A DNA stretch of 64,000 nt from the human T2T-CHM13v2.0 reference genome, Homo sapiens. The stretch is taken from NCBI RefSeq assembly GCF_009914755.1, contig NC_060938.1, one strand, 5' to 3'. Both the position numbers and the translations under genes were made by a program. Below are positions 19,527 through 33,357 of the stretch, one piece after another. The notes beneath the pieces were generated by a model. It did not search any database, was not told the DNA's origin, and saw only the letters and a program-made list of their open reading frames with translations. Within the stretch, counting starts at the first letter, position 1; every line of letters starts with the position of its first letter.

Positions 19527-20332
19527 CTAAGAGAAAAAGTGTCCCTGATCACAGAGTGAGCACTCTGAGTAGTTGCCATAGGTAACCATAAACAACATCT
19601 TTAAAATAGATAACAGTGAATCTCACAGAGCTGTTTCTTTTTAACTATGAAAAGAACTTGTTTTGTTCTGTGTAGTACATAATGAGGGTAATTATGTAGT
19701 AGATCAAGAATATCCTACAGTACATGTAAAAATCCTGTGCATGTACTTCGTAAATCTAAAACAAACATTAAAATTATTTTTAAAAAAAGAAGAAAAAAGA
19801 ATATCCTATAGTAGAAGAAAGAGACAAAAGAGAAAATATTGGTAACTGGAATCTATGGGTAATCCCAAAACCCCATTTCCCTAGTTTGCAGAGGCTGCTA
19901 GTTGAGTCCAACAACCTTTCTCGCCATCTTCGTTAGTAATAGATCCTGTCATTTTTTAGCCAGACATACGTCAACTTGGAATAAATACATTTTCTAGCCT
20001 CTGTTGCAGCTATATGTGGCCATGTGACTAAATTCTGGCCAATCGATAGTAAATATAAATGGTGTGTGGGGGAAGAGAGTTTGCATTTTTCTGCTTTTTC
20101 TCTTCTTGTTGGTTTAAACATGGATATGATGGCTGCACCATAAGTGGTCATCTCCCATGCAGTGGGATGCTAAGGATGGTGCAGCAGTAAGACAGGAGGA
20201 GTTTGATAAGACCATATCTTGTCAACTTTTCAATCGTCAATCATGATCTTCATCAATCTTTGTATCCCAGAGCCTAGCATGGTGTATGGCACATAATAGA
20301 TGTTCAATAAATGTAAGAGACTGAATATACAG

Positions 20333-21203
<871 letters not shown>

Positions 21204-21326
21204 GGTATTTGCTAATTAGATCAATCAAAAAGTAAAGATGTAGGTAGAGAAATAAGACAAGGTACCTCTCATTAGAGAATTGCCACTCTAGTGGGGTACT
21301 CAGACATTAAATAAGTACTTACACAG

Positions 21327-21622
21327 TTATTTATTTATTTTGAGACAGAGTCTCACTCTGTCACACAGGCTGGAGTGCAATGGCATGACCTCAGCTCACT
21401 GTAATCTCTGCCTCCTGGGCTCAAGTGATCACCTGCCTCAGCTTCCCAAGTAGCTGGGACTACATGTGTGCACCACCATGCCCGGCTAATTTTTATATTT
21501 TTTGTAGAGATGGAGTTTCTCCATGTTGCCCAGGCTGGTCTCAAACTCCTGGGCTCAAGTGATCTGCCTGCTTCAGCCTCCCAAAGTTCTGGAATTACAG
21601 GTGTGAGCCACCGTGCTCAGCC
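21327..21622 (-). mobile_element. AluJ
   Basis: Alu consensus. Confidence 0.9.
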
Positions 21623-22299
21623 TATGCAGTTATCTTATTATAATTGGGATGTGTGTTATGAAGATCTGAGATGGTAGCTGAGATGTAGAGATGAGTAGAA
21701 GGTAGTCAGGCAAAGGGGGTTGTGTAGAAAGAGAGATCTGGGCAGGAAAAACAGCATCTGCCAAGTACTGGAAGCAGGAAGAACTTGGTACATACCAGGA
21801 ACTGAAAATGCCCAGCACCATGCAAAGGCTGTGCATCAGGTCCTGCTGACTAGTTCCCTAGAAACACTCTGGTTCCTATTCTTCCTGAAGCCTGACTGAT
21901 TCTCCTTTTCTTTGGTTCTGTGAGGTCTGCCTTTATAATATTCCTCTTTTGCTTAAGTTACAAGAAGTCAGTTTGCGTTGCTTCCAAGCAAACGTCTCCT
22001 ATTGATAGAATTGCTCTGTTACATCTCTTGAATTATTTTTGTTAAGCTCTTTTATTATTGTGAAACTTTTCATGTGTTTACGTCTTATCTCCCAATTAGA
22101 TAGTATGTATCTTAATGGAGCCACTAAATTTTGGGGGTGATTTGTTATATGGCATTTGTTCACACTTGAGTTCCAGGATCTAGGTGATGAGATCTAGGCT
22201 TTTGAGCCTGAGCTTGGTACCACAATGGGATGAGGCTTCAGGGTCTTGTAGGGTGGGGATGAGTATGGGAGGAATGTGAACTGTTCTGACCAGAGGGCA

Positions 22300-22822
22300 G
22301 ACTGTGTTAGATTGTGTTTCCCAAAGATGGTCACATGTGTATACCCCATTCTCCATGCTCTTCATACGGTATATCTGATACTGCTTCCACCTAGAGGTGT
22401 GAGTGTATGTTCTCACCCCTCCATTCTGGCCAGGGACTGTGACTGTCTGATCAATGGAGTACAGCTATGTGACTTTCAAGGCTAGGTCATAAAAAGGAGG
22501 TAGATTCTGCTTGGAGCTCTCTCTCTGTCTGTTGATACTTGCCACGTTGTAAGGAAGCCCAAGCCTCATGGAGCAGTCATGTGTATACATGGTACAGCTG
22601 GTTGCCCTAGCTAAAGTCTCAGTCAACAGCATAAACTGCTAGACATGGTGATTCTAGCTCCCAGCCTTCAAGTTCTCCACCAGACATTGCTGAGCAGATA
22701 GAAGCCTTGCTCACTGCATCATCTGTATTTTTTACTCAGAGAAATCATGAGGGATAATGATCATTGTGGTTTAAAGCTATAAAGTTTTGGAAGTGATATG
22801 TTATGAAGTAATGAATGATACA
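22300..22822 (+). mobile_element. MLT1F/G-like MaLR LTR
   Basis: 'ctatgtgactttcaaggctaggtcataaaa' and terminal 'ggtttaaagctataaagttttggaagtgatatgttatg'. Confidence 0.7.
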
Positions 22823-23003
22823 TTATATGAAAACTTGGAATGTTTGTGTTTAACATTTTTCAACTGAGACACTTGAAAGCTATTAGCTTCAATCCTGGAG
22901 AAATAAAGACACATTGAAAATAAATTTCTGGAATTTATTGTGAAATTGGGCTTTTATGAATCTCATCAATCTTATCCTTAGGTTTAAGATTTTTTTGCCT
23001 TAA

Positions 23004-23265
23004 GGCCAGGCACAGTGGCTCATACCTGTAATCCCAGCACTTTGGGAGGCTGAAGCCAGAGCATTGCTTGAGGCCAGCAGTTCCAGACAGCCTGGGAAGC
23101 ACAGGGAGACTGACTCAACAAAAATTAAGACACACCTGTAGTCCTAGTTTCTCAAAAGGCTGAGGCAGGAGGATCACTTGAGCCCAGGAGTTCAAGGTTA
23201 CAGTGAGCTATAATTGTGTCACTGCACTCCAACCTGGGCCACAGAACAAGACGTTGTCTCAAAAT
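23004..23265 (+). mobile_element. AluJ with internal deletion
   Basis: Alu consensus. Confidence 0.85.
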
Positions 23266-23339
23266 ATGTATGTATGTATTTTTCTAGAAATTTATATATC
23301 TGTTACTGCATGGGAAAAAATTTTTCAAAATTAAAATTA

Positions 23340-23710
23340 GCTTTCAGCCATAAAAAGGAATAAAATACTGATACATAAAACAATATGGATGAACCTTGGA
23401 AATACTATGCTCAGTGAAAGAAGCCAGACACAAAAGGCTACATATTGTATAATTCCACTTACATGAAATGTCGAGAACAGGCAAATCCATAGAGACAGAA
23501 AGTAGATTCATGGTTTTTAGGGGTTGGAGGAAAGGGAGAATGCGGAGTGACTACTAACTAATAGGTATAAGATTTCCTTTTGGGATGATGAGAATGTCTT
23601 AGAATTAGATATGGTGATGATTGTGCAACTTGGTGAATATACTAAAACCCACTGAATTGTACACAAGAGTCAATTTTATGGTATGTGAAAGGTATCTCGG
23701 TAAAAATTAA
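23340..23710 (+). mobile_element. L1MB/ME 3' end fragment
   Basis: 'tggatgaaccttggaaatactatgctcagtgaaagaagccagacacaaaagg'. Confidence 0.85.
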
Positions 23711-23801
23711 AATTACCAAGAAGTTTTCTTTGATCAACTAGGAGTGGGAGAGATCCACAAATCTGTCTATATGGCCTATTGAAGATATGTACATGAAGAT
23801 C

Positions 23802-25650
<1,849 letters not shown>

Positions 25651-25727
25651 TGACCTCAGGCAATCCACCTGCCTGCTTTGGCCTCCCAAAGTGCTGGGAT
25701 TACAGGGGTGAGCCACTGCACCCGGCC
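25651..25727 (-). mobile_element. Alu 5' fragment abutting the VNTR
   Basis: 'tgacctcaggcaatccacc...gagccactgcacccggcc'. Confidence 0.85.
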
Positions 25728-26585
25728 TTTTAAAATTTATTTTTAGTAGAGACAAGGCTGGCCTCTTCTCTTCAATTACATTCTCTGTGGCTATACAGAT
25801 GGTCTCAGTAGGATAATATCCCAGTTGCTCAGAGTGGTGACCTGTTCTGTAGCACACCCTTGGACTGGCTTTTCTTCTTTCCAGTTTCACTTTTTCCATT
25901 CTTCTCTTTCTGTTCCTTCTGATTGCTTTTCACTATAAACTACCTACATCCTGTTCTTGTCTCAGGCTCTACTTACTGGAGGAGCCAAGCCTGGGACAGA
26001 TTCCTGTGTAAAATGTGATGGAATGAATTAGCAAACTTGACAAGGACCCAGGAGGCCTGGGTTCCAGATCAACTCTATTGCTAACCTGATTTGTAAAAGT
26101 CACTTTATCTACTGAAAAGGTGGGCATTTTCATCATCATTTTCAGATGGTACTATGGGAGAAGATCTTCCAACCATTTGTTAAGTGAGGAAAAAAAAAAG
26201 CAAGAAAAATGCTTGTCACGCGCATAAAAAGAGCATGTGTGTGTGCGTACATGTTAATAAAGGCATACAAAATGGTGGACCATCAAGGTTTACTACATAT
26301 TTTTGTATAGCTTGAATTGTTTACAAGAAGAATGCATATTAATTAGCTTTATTTAGACCTCTGGGGAAAAGAGAAGACTGCATCTTGTGTAATTAAAAAA
26401 AGAAATAAATAACATCCACCTCCAAGGAAGTTGAATGATGCTTGTTAAAGTGCAGAGCAGAAGCCACCAACCAAGGTAAGAAAGCCGGGTTGTGCTCCGG
26501 TATGTGCGCTAGGAGGCAGCGGAGCTGAGACCGAGGCCAGGCGGCTAGAGAAACCGCGAACCAAGGACGGGGGGCTGGGTCTTTC

Positions 26586-26604
26586 TGGTCGCCAGGGGGC
26601 AGAA
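26586..26604 (+). promoter_or_regulatory. Candidate CTCF site
   Basis: tggtcgccagggggcagaa matches the CTCF core (C)CASYAGRKGGCRS with minor deviations. Confidence 0.55.
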
Positions 26605-27809
26605 GTGTAGGGCAACTTAAATCCGCAACTACCCGCTGTTGCCCAGGCTCCAACGCCAGGCCGAACATTTCAGAAGTCATAAGTTCCATCTCTCTGCCGC
26701 AGCCGAGACAGATTGGAGGGTTTTCAGAGTCAAGGGGATGCCCCCCCGCCCCCCGCCTCAGAGAAGCTTGGCACTCTGAACAATCTCAACCACTCTCCCC
26801 TCTGCTCCTCCCTTCCCTACCCCCCAACACCCATGAAGGGGAAATTGAGTCATGGGAGGAGAGGCCAGAGTCATCAGGGGAATGAGGGCCGACGCCAGCC
26901 CTCAGGGCCTTCCAGATGCTAGGAGGAGGAGGGTTCTCCAGGAAAACAAACAGGGGTGAGAGGGGAAGGCGGTTGGCTGGGCAGGAGCTGAGCCAGACAC
27001 ATGGAGAAACGCTGCCCAGGATCAAAGGAAATATGACATTTGAAAAGAATGTGTGCGTCTGCATGTGCTGTGCCTGCGGGGAGTGGGGCCGGGGAGGGGC
27101 AGAGTCTGGGGGAACAGGGGCTGGGCCTCGGGGTCTCTATCCCTGCTTTTCTCGCCTCCGCTTCCCACCTCCCTTGCCCTCTTAGGTACAGGCTGGTTGA
27201 TGGGTCGAGGTGTTCCTCGTCCTCCCTCCCCGTGGGTTTCTCCTTCCTTTATTTCCGAGATGAAGCTGGAAGGGAAATGTAACCTGAGGCGACCAACCAA
27301 AGGAAAAAAAAGAAAAAAAAAAGAAAAAAAAAAAAAGAAAGAAGAAAATCAAACCAGGCCGCTTCCCCGCTCGGCCTCGGAACATTCTTCTCTCCCCGCC
27401 GGCCTGGCCTCTTCTCCCCGCCCCTCCTGTGTTGCGGCCCTGGGCTCGGAGCCGGGGCAGCTCCGCACGTCACTGGGGTCCCCGGGGACTGGGGGGGTGG
27501 TCCCCTGGGCGGGCCCGAGGGAGGACCGAGGGGAGGGAGGGAAGCCGCCTCGGCCGCTGCGGAGCTCCGGCCCGTCGGGCCAGCCCTCCCTTCTTTCCCC
27601 AGTCCCGTAGAGCCTGTTTCTCATTAGAGTAACGGGCGCGGTCCCCGCCCGGCTTCTGAGTGTTTGTAAACGTCTGACCTGGGGCCGTCGCTTAACCGTT
27701 TAGTTGCTGGGATGGGGCGGCGTTGGGGGTGCGGCCCTGAACCGGAGGGATTTAGAGACTGGAGACGCGGCCTCTAAGAGAGGTTGAAACTGTGTGTGTG
27801 TGGGAGAAA

Positions 27810-27969
27810 ATGATAACCACCCTCCCATCTCTCCTACCCGCCAGCCTCGCCAGTATCTCCCACCGAGTCACGAATCTCCCATCTAACTCCCTCTCACACA
27901 ACCCAGGCCTCTCCAAGCCTGACTTTCCCGGAAACTCCAGTCCAGGTCTTCCTTCCTCCTCCAGCCCAG
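27810..27969 (+). CDS. NFATC4: NFATC4 alternative first coding exon (MITTLPSLL...SSSP-G), splicing in frame to acceptor 29066
   Basis: ATG at 27810, donor CAG|GTGACA, phase 1; joins G|GC CGG GAC CTG (GRDLGAPAGS) in frame with the canonical ATG; matches a recalled long isoform. Confidence 0.85.
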
Positions 27970-28096
27970 GTGACAGGTGTCCAGCCTGTTGGGGGCGGGG
28001 GGGCCAAGGAGGGGGAAGAGGAGGGGAACCCACAGGGTCCGGAGGTTTCAGGCCCCTAGTAAACCTGGCAAGGATTTTTAGAAGAGCCGGAGTGGG

Positions 28097-28106
28097 ATGC
28101 TATCGG
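28097..28106 (+). CDS. NFATC4: NFATC4 alternative first exon coding part (MLS-G)
   Basis: ATG CTA TCG G|GTCAGA, phase 1, compatible with acceptor 29066; recalled isoform MLSGRDLGAPAGSM. Confidence 0.6.
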
Positions 28107-28341
28107 GTCAGAGATTCATTCCAGACTACAGTTCTAGGGAGGAGGCTGCCAACTTCCCGTGGAGGCTAATTCACGGCCCCTCTGGGTGGCTGGGACAAGG
28201 GCAGCGGCAAAGCCTGGCCTGGATCTACGCCCATCAAGGGCTGTGGGCCTAGGGACAGTTCTCAAAGCCTCTTTGGCTCGGACTGCTCCCAGAGGCATCC
28301 AGGCTGGCTAAGCGTTCTTCATCTTTGGGGGTCCTGGAGGA

Positions 28342-28408
28342 ATGGCTGATGGAGGCGCTGATTCGGCAGCGCAAAGACTTCCAGAAGGCCCGGGCAGAGT
28401 AGCCCCAG
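28342..28408 (+). CDS. NFATC4: NFATC4 alternative first coding exon (MADGGADSAAQRLPEGPGRVAP-G), GC donor
   Basis: ATG in gaATGg; CAG|GCAAGG phase 1, in frame with acceptor 29066; recalled isoform. Confidence 0.7.
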
Positions 28409-29094
28409 GCAAGGGAGGCGGAAGAATAGCCTTTTCCTCTTCCGAGCAACTCGGTGCCACTCTGCCCCCAGGACCCTCCTGGCCTCAGGCTTGGAGGGAA
28501 AGGGGAGGAGAAGTGGTTCTGCCTTGCTAGGTGCTATCTACACAGTCTTCAGAATTTAAAAAAGGGTCTTCCGTGGGCTCTCTACCCTGGGGGCCCAGGA
28601 TGTGGCCCCTTTAAGGCTCTCGGACCCAGAACCTTGAACTGAGACTAGGGGAGGTGGGGGCTGGGCTCTCTGCGGGAAATGATTGTCACAACGGCGGACC
28701 AATAGGCAACATTAGTATCACTCTTGAAGGACCGTTTTCCAATTCAGTTTTTTTTTTTTTGAGGGGGAGGGACTGAAGAGAGGACAGAGGGAGGGAGGGT
28801 GGGGGAGGACGAGGGGCGCGTGGTTTTCCCATCTCATCCCTGGAGGAGGGGCTGGAGCATCCCCGGCAGCCAATCAGGGACAGGCTGGGGGGGGACCGCT
28901 TTGAAGAAGTTTGGGGGAAAAAAGTTTGGAAAAGTTTCTATAATAACGAGGGGGCTTCTGGAGGGAGGCGGCAGCGACGGAGGAGGGGGCTTCTCAGAGA
29001 AAGGGAGGGAGGGAGCCACCCGGGTGAAGATACAGCAGCCTCCTGAACTCCCCCCTCCCACCCAGGCCGGGACCTGGGGGCTCCTGCCGGATCC

Positions 29095-29194
29095 ATGGGG
29101 GCGGCCAGCTGCGAGGATGAGGAGCTGGAATTTAAGCTGGTGTTCGGGGAGGAAAAGGAGGCCCCCCCGCTGGGCGCGGGGGGATTGGGGGAAG
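29095..29194 (+). CDS. NFATC4: NFATC4 canonical coding exon 1 (MGAASCEDEELEFKLVFGEE...)
   Basis: Translation matches the NFATc4 N-terminus; donor AAG|GTTAGT. Confidence 0.97.
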
Positions 29195-30066
29195 GTTAGT
29201 GCTGGGCTGGGAAGGGGTCTTGGGGTCAGTGAGAGGAGGGCCGGGGATCCTGAGTCTGGGGAATTTAAGGCAGCGAGCCTAGGGTGGGGGGTGAGGGAGT
29301 CAGAGGTCGAAGGGAGTCGGGGGGACTCGTTGGCCTGCGGAAGTGAGGCTGGGGGCCCGGGCACCACTTTCTCCTTTTTAGGTCGTGACTGGGGTGGGGG
29401 TGGGGGTGCTGTTGGCTGTGCGCCGCCTCCCGGCTGGGCCGCCTGTCACTGAACTGGGGGGCGGGCGGGAACTACGGCCCCAACAGCACCAGGCGCCGCC
29501 AGGGGAAGGGGAGGTTTGGCGCTGGAGCTGGCCCCTGGCGGACCGAGCTCTGGCCCGGCCGACTGGACGCCCGGGGCTGGGGGCGCTGTCAGGCCTCGCT
29601 GGGGCGCCCCTCCCCCTCCCCCGTCTGGCCGCAATGAGAGGCAGATGGCGGGGACCGAGCCGGGGGCGGCGGCCGCCGCTCGCACGAATCCGCGCTGCCC
29701 GCTGCCCCCCTTCCCCCGGCTGGGCCCAGCACGCATCACCCCCTCGGCTGCACCTCCGCCCCCAGATGGCGAGGAGAGAGGGAGGAGCCACCTCCCCTCG
29801 TCACCACAGCCCTGACGCCCCCCTCCCCTCTGGCCACGGTTGCGATGGCAACTGGGGCTCCTGCCAGCGCCGTTTGGGGGTTTGGGAACCGCTGCTAATT
29901 GGGTTCATGTGTGAGTCGCCCCCAGTCCAGCCCAGTGCCTCAAGAAACACGCCTCCAGGCCCAGCCCCAGCTCCAGCCCCTCTGGACCCACCTCTCTCAC
30001 CTTAAGACCCACTGGATCGGGTACCCTCGGTCCTAGGATCCAGGGGCCAGTGGGCAAAGGCCTGGC

Positions 30067-30130
30067 ATGCCTGCTTCAATCTCCTCCATCTTCCCAGGTC
30101 CAACTCTGCTTTTGTCTTGTGGCTCAGAAG
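30067..30130 (+). CDS. NFATC4: NFATC4 alternative first coding exon (MPASISSIFPGPTLLLSCGSE)
   Basis: ggcATGc ... GAAG|GTCTCT, phase 1, in frame with exon 2; recalled isoform. Confidence 0.7.
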
Positions 30131-30252
30131 GTCTCTTTGCTGAGGGGCAGGGAGCATAGAAGGACTTGTGGCCTGGCCACTCAAGGAACATAGCCATCTC
30201 ACCTGCTTCTCTCTTTCCCCCTCTCCCTCTGCTCCTCTTCCCATTTTGACAG

Positions 30253-31348
30253 AACTGGACTCAGAGGATGCCCCGCCATGCTGCCGTCTGGCCTTGGGAG
30301 AGCCCCCTCCCTATGGCGCTGCACCTATCGGTATTCCCCGACCTCCACCCCCTCGGCCTGGCATGCATTCGCCACCGCCGCGACCAGCCCCCTCACCTGG
30401 CACCTGGGAGAGCCAGCCCGCCAGGTCGGTGAGGCTGGGAGGACCAGGAGGGGGTGCTGGGGGTGCTGGGGGTGGCCGTGTTCTCGAGTGTCCCAGCATC
30501 CGCATCACCTCCATCTCTCCCACGCCGGAGCCGCCAGCAGCGCTGGAGGACAACCCTGATGCCTGGGGGGACGGCTCTCCTAGAGATTACCCCCCACCAG
30601 AAGGCTTTGGGGGCTACAGAGAAGCAGGGGGCCAGGGTGGGGGGGCCTTCTTCAGCCCAAGCCCTGGCAGCAGCAGCCTGTCCTCGTGGAGCTTCTTCTC
30701 CGATGCCTCTGACGAGGCAGCCCTGTATGCAGCCTGCGACGAGGTGGAGTCTGAGCTAAATGAGGCGGCCTCCCGCTTTGGCCTGGGCTCCCCGCTGCCC
30801 TCGCCCCGGGCCTCCCCTCGGCCATGGACCCCCGAAGATCCCTGGAGCCTGTATGGTCCAAGCCCCGGAGGCCGAGGGCCAGAGGATAGCTGGCTACTCC
30901 TCAGTGCTCCTGGGCCCACCCCAGCCTCCCCGCGGCCTGCCTCTCCATGTGGCAAGCGGCGCTATTCCAGCTCGGGAACCCCATCTTCAGCCTCCCCAGC
31001 TCTGTCCCGCCGTGGCAGCCTGGGGGAAGAGGGGTCTGAGCCACCTCCACCACCCCCATTGCCTCTGGCCCGGGACCCGGGCTCCCCTGGTCCCTTTGAC
31101 TATGTGGGGGCCCCACCAGCTGAGAGCATCCCTCAGAAGACACGGCGGACTTCCAGCGAGCAGGCAGTGGCTCTGCCTCGGTCTGAGGAGCCTGCCTCAT
31201 GCAATGGGAAGCTGCCCTTGGGAGCAGAGGAGTCTGTGGCTCCTCCAGGAGGTTCCCGGAAGGAGGTGGCTGGCATGGACTACCTGGCAGTGCCCTCCCC
31301 ACTCGCTTGGTCCAAGGCCCGGATTGGGGGACACAGCCCTATCTTCAG
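30253..31348 (+). CDS. NFATC4: NFATC4 exon 2, regulatory domain
   Basis: PSIRIT (PxIxIT calcineurin dock), serine-rich region, SP repeats, KRR NLS, YLAVP (LxVP); AG/GT boundaries. Confidence 0.98.
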
Positions 31349-32040
31349 GTGAGGGTTGCGCCTGGCACTACCGCTCTCTCTAGCCATTCCAGTAGGGGAG
31401 CAGGAGGGTCAAGGGATGGATTTGAAGACACTAGTTTCATGCCCTCTGAATTTCAAAAGAGTATCTGCAACCAGCTCAGCAGCTGCCAACTACCTGGTTT
31501 TAAAGAGAACTAGAAAAAAAAGTGCACCTCTGGATGATTTACAAGAGGGCAACAGTTCCCTGTGGGACAATTAGAAAAAGCCCCTCCACCCTCCCACCCC
31601 TAGCTATTGTAGGAGGATCAACTAGGTTAAGGAGGTGTTCCTGTAGCCTATAGAGTGCTCCCAAGCCCCCGCTCTGCACTGGCATGTGGCTGAGTGTGGA
31701 ACTTGGGCTGGATTTCAGCCTTCCACTCTGGCCCTTTCAATAGGTGCCAGACCTAAGCAGATTTCCACTCTGTTGCAGGAAATTCCCCTTCTGCATTCCT
31801 TAATTTCTAGAGCCTGACCTACTAGCTTAAAAGTATAGCTGCTAACTTGAATAAAATAGCATATATTTGCAAGTCAAATAATTCATATTAAAACTTGCAG
31901 TTCTATTCCTTCCACCCTCAGAGAATCTTGCCCATTTCAATAATCTTAAATCTTGAGATGTTAGACTGAGCTGGCTCTGTCCAGAAAAGTTTCTAGGGGA
32001 AAGAAACGTTAACACTGGTACCCCTGGGTTTCCCATAGGG

Positions 32041-32274
32041 CAAAGTTTCTCAACCTCAGCACTGTTAATTCAGCACTACTATTTTGAGCAGGATAATTCT
32101 TTGTTATGTGGGGGTGTACTGGACATTGTAGGATGGTTTAGCAGCTTCCCTGGCCTCTACCCGTTAGATGCTAGTAGCACCCACTCCCCTAGTTGGGAAA
32201 ACCAAAAATGTCTTCAGACATTGCCAAATATCTGGGCAATTACTTGGGGGGCAATTACCAGTTGAGATCCACTG
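32041..32274. mobile_element. MER20 hAT-Charlie element in NFATC4 intron 2
   Basis: Termini 'caaagtttctcaacc' and 'gttgagatccactg'; 8-bp TSD ccataggg/tcctaggg. Confidence 0.88.
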
Positions 32275-32432
32275 TCCTAGGGTATCAGGGAGCACAATAC
32301 AGGATAAGTTGTCCCATCTGAAACCCTTAGCTCCCTGGAACTCCACCTATCAAGCCCCAACTAGTGGAAAGGGAGCTGGCTTGAGAGCAGAATGTGCTCA
32401 GTCCTAGGTCTGTCAGTAGCTGCTGGCTTCAG

Positions 32433-32746
32433 TTTCTTTCTCTCTCTCTCTTTTTTTTTTCTTTGAGACAGTGTCTTGCTCTGTCACCAAGACTGGAGTG
32501 CAGTGGTGTGATCTCACTCAGCCTCAACCTCCTGGGCTCAAGCAATCCTCCTGCCTCAGCAGGAGTAGCTGGGACTACAGGAGCACCAACTCGCCCAGCT
32601 GCTTTTTGTATTTTTTGTAGAGACGGGGTTTCACCATGTTGCCCAGGCTGGTCTCAAACTCCTGGGCTCAAGCCATCCTCACACCATCCCCTACCCCTGC
32701 CTTGGCCTCCCAAAGTGCTGGGATTATAGGTGTGAGCCAACGCACC
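32433..32746 (-). mobile_element. AluJ antisense in NFATC4 intron 2
   Basis: Alu consensus with small indels. Confidence 0.88.
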
Positions 32747-33194
32747 TCAATTTTTTAATTTGTAAAACAAAGGGTTCATATCTGAGGCCTTTTCTGGTCT
32801 GAAGCGGCACTTCTTTTTTCTTTCCATCCAGGTCTAGGGATTGAGATGGGCTTGAGAATCCTCTGTATCCAAGTGAAGCCTTTCCACCCCAACCCCTGCG
32901 CTCAGAGCTGGGAAGAAGGGAGTTTTAGGCTTGTTGTCATCTTTCACACCTCAAGGGGCTCTGTCCCCTACTTCCCCTTGCTTCTGGACTTTTGGATTTC
33001 TTCATTTCTTTGTCCTTTTTTTAGTTTAAAAAAAATTCTTTTTTCCCTTCTTTTCACAAGTGTTGATGTACTTCTTTATTTCTTCTGTGCTTTCCTTTCT
33101 CTCAGACCCATACCCCCTCCTCCCTCACAGATCCAGTACGGGCCTGACTGGGGTCTGAGGCTGCACATGATCAATGCTCTTCTCTCCCACCCAG

Positions 33195-33357
33195 GACCTC
33201 TGCCCTACCCCCACTGGACTGGCCTCTGCCCAGCCAATATGAGCAGCTGGAGCTGAGGATCGAGGTACAGCCTAGAGCCCACCACCGGGCCCACTATGAG
33301 ACAGAAGGCAGCCGTGGAGCTGTCAAAGCTGCCCCTGGCGGTCACCCCGTAGTCAAG
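33195..33357 (+). CDS. NFATC4: NFATC4 exon 3 (start of Rel homology domain, [13 protein letters not shown])
   Basis: NFAT DNA-recognition loop; AG/GT boundaries; phase consistent. Confidence 0.98.

Larger units (their letters stand above)
26480..29900. promoter_or_regulatory. NFATC4: NFATC4 multi-promoter region with CpG islands (about 26480-26710, 27350-27780, 28950-29900)
   Basis: High GC and CpG density; CCAAT boxes at 28699 and 28870; TATA-like TATAATA at 28939. Confidence 0.85.

Noticed and set aside
28799-30005. 137-217 aa ORFs on both strands
   Set aside because: Stop-poor CpG island and intron 1 sequence; no recognisable domains
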